DNA of 64,000 nt from the NCBI GenBank assembly GCA_905478415.1, contig CAJQIG010000002.1, positions 186,699 through 250,698 of the forward strand, in the 5' to 3' direction. Under the pieces are notes generated by a model. That model had not been told where the DNA came from, did no database searches, and was given only the letters and a program-made list of their open reading frames with translations. Of this stretch, positions 63,683 through 64,000 are shown piece by piece. Positions within the stretch are counted from its first letter, which is position 1; each line of letters starts with the position of its first letter. The DNA comes from an uncultured Patescibacteria group bacterium. GTDB lineage: Bacteria; Patescibacteriota; Microgenomatia; UBA1400; PJMF01. The position numbers and the translations under genes were made by a program.

Positions 63683-64000
63683 TATTGTTGGGACGTTTGT
63701 TCCAACTGCACATTTACTACTTTGGCCAATCTTCAGTGAGCGGCCAATTTGGATCATGTACAACTCTAAGTACGTGGTCCATATTGGCTGTTTGCTGGAC
63801 TATGGGGATTAGCATCCCACCATAGATTCAGAGCCCACAAGCACCACCACCCCAATCTCGAAAGTGGGTGGTAAACACTTCGTCTCTAGCTCCAGAGTGA
63901 GTTTTAGAGATAGGGCAACGATCCATTCTTAGTACTTTCACCTGAAAAGATCAGGGCAACAGGCACGTTGCATAAGTACTAATGGCCGGCAAGGTAGTGC
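63683..64000 (+). ncRNA. Structured untranslated transcript running to the window edge (stable-RNA gene or rRNA leader; identity unresolved)
   Basis: No plus-strand ORF of 60 aa or more. Hairpins CTATGGGGAT/ATCCCACCATAG, ACCACCC/GGGTGGT and TTGGGA/TTCCAA. Driven by a consensus promoter. Confidence 0.4.

Noticed and set aside
63268-63763. ORFs 63268..63486(-), 63370..63651(+), 63476..63763(-) and a 47-aa ATG ORF at 63230..63373
   Set aside because: None has a Shine-Dalgarno sequence. They run through hairpins, terminators and a promoter. The region is better explained as structured RNA.
63954-64000. Calling the last ~45 nt the 5' end of 23S rRNA
   Set aside because: Only about 20 of 31 positions match a generic 23S start by eye, and an indel is needed. 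The window ends before the diagnostic GGTGGATGCCTTGGC region can be confirmed. It is kept only as a possibility in the findings.

Overview
The window looks like a compact, gene-dense bacterial chromosome segment with moderate-to-low GC. Its style suggests a small-genome, possibly CPR/Patescibacteria-like organism; that is inference only. Most of it is housekeeping. It carries thrS, the secE-nusG-rplK-rplA block, and a tRNA-Thr/Tyr/Thr cluster followed by rpmG. It also carries rpmB, fmt-def, a mreB-like/mreC/mreD/PBP2 block, dprA, topA, nadD, recR, hpf, cysS, two galU-type genes and a znuACB-zur zinc operon. A dense pyrimidine-deoxynucleotide cluster holds a thyA-like gene, dCMP deaminase, a DHFR-like gene, dut and tmk, plus Maf-like, possibly MazG-like and possibly HD-domain proteins. 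The most unusual locus lies at about 23.4-27.7 kb. It is an AT-rich, integron-like array of five small same-strand gene cassettes: two RelE/ParE toxin-antitoxin pairs, a SAM methyltransferase, an unknown protein, and a DUF1905-like/YCII-like pair. Each cassette is bounded by a conserved ~30-nt repeat with a GTTCGAAC core, the array abuts the 3' end of tRNA-Trp, and no recombinase is visible in the window. Other notable items:
- A ~530-nt ORF-free, hairpin-rich RNA at about 63.05-63.59 kb, with a consensus promoter and tandem terminators. A near-duplicate promoter follows and drives a second structured RNA to the window edge.
- A ~140-nt candidate structured RNA at about 16.9 kb.
- A ~236-nt structured leader behind a perfect consensus promoter at 27.8 kb.
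- An IS200-type tnpA element.
- Neighbouring cohesin-like and dockerin-bearing surface proteins.
- Three tandem paralogous Cys-pair membrane proteins.

All calls come from reading the sequence and ORF translations by eye. No database search or folding computation was run.
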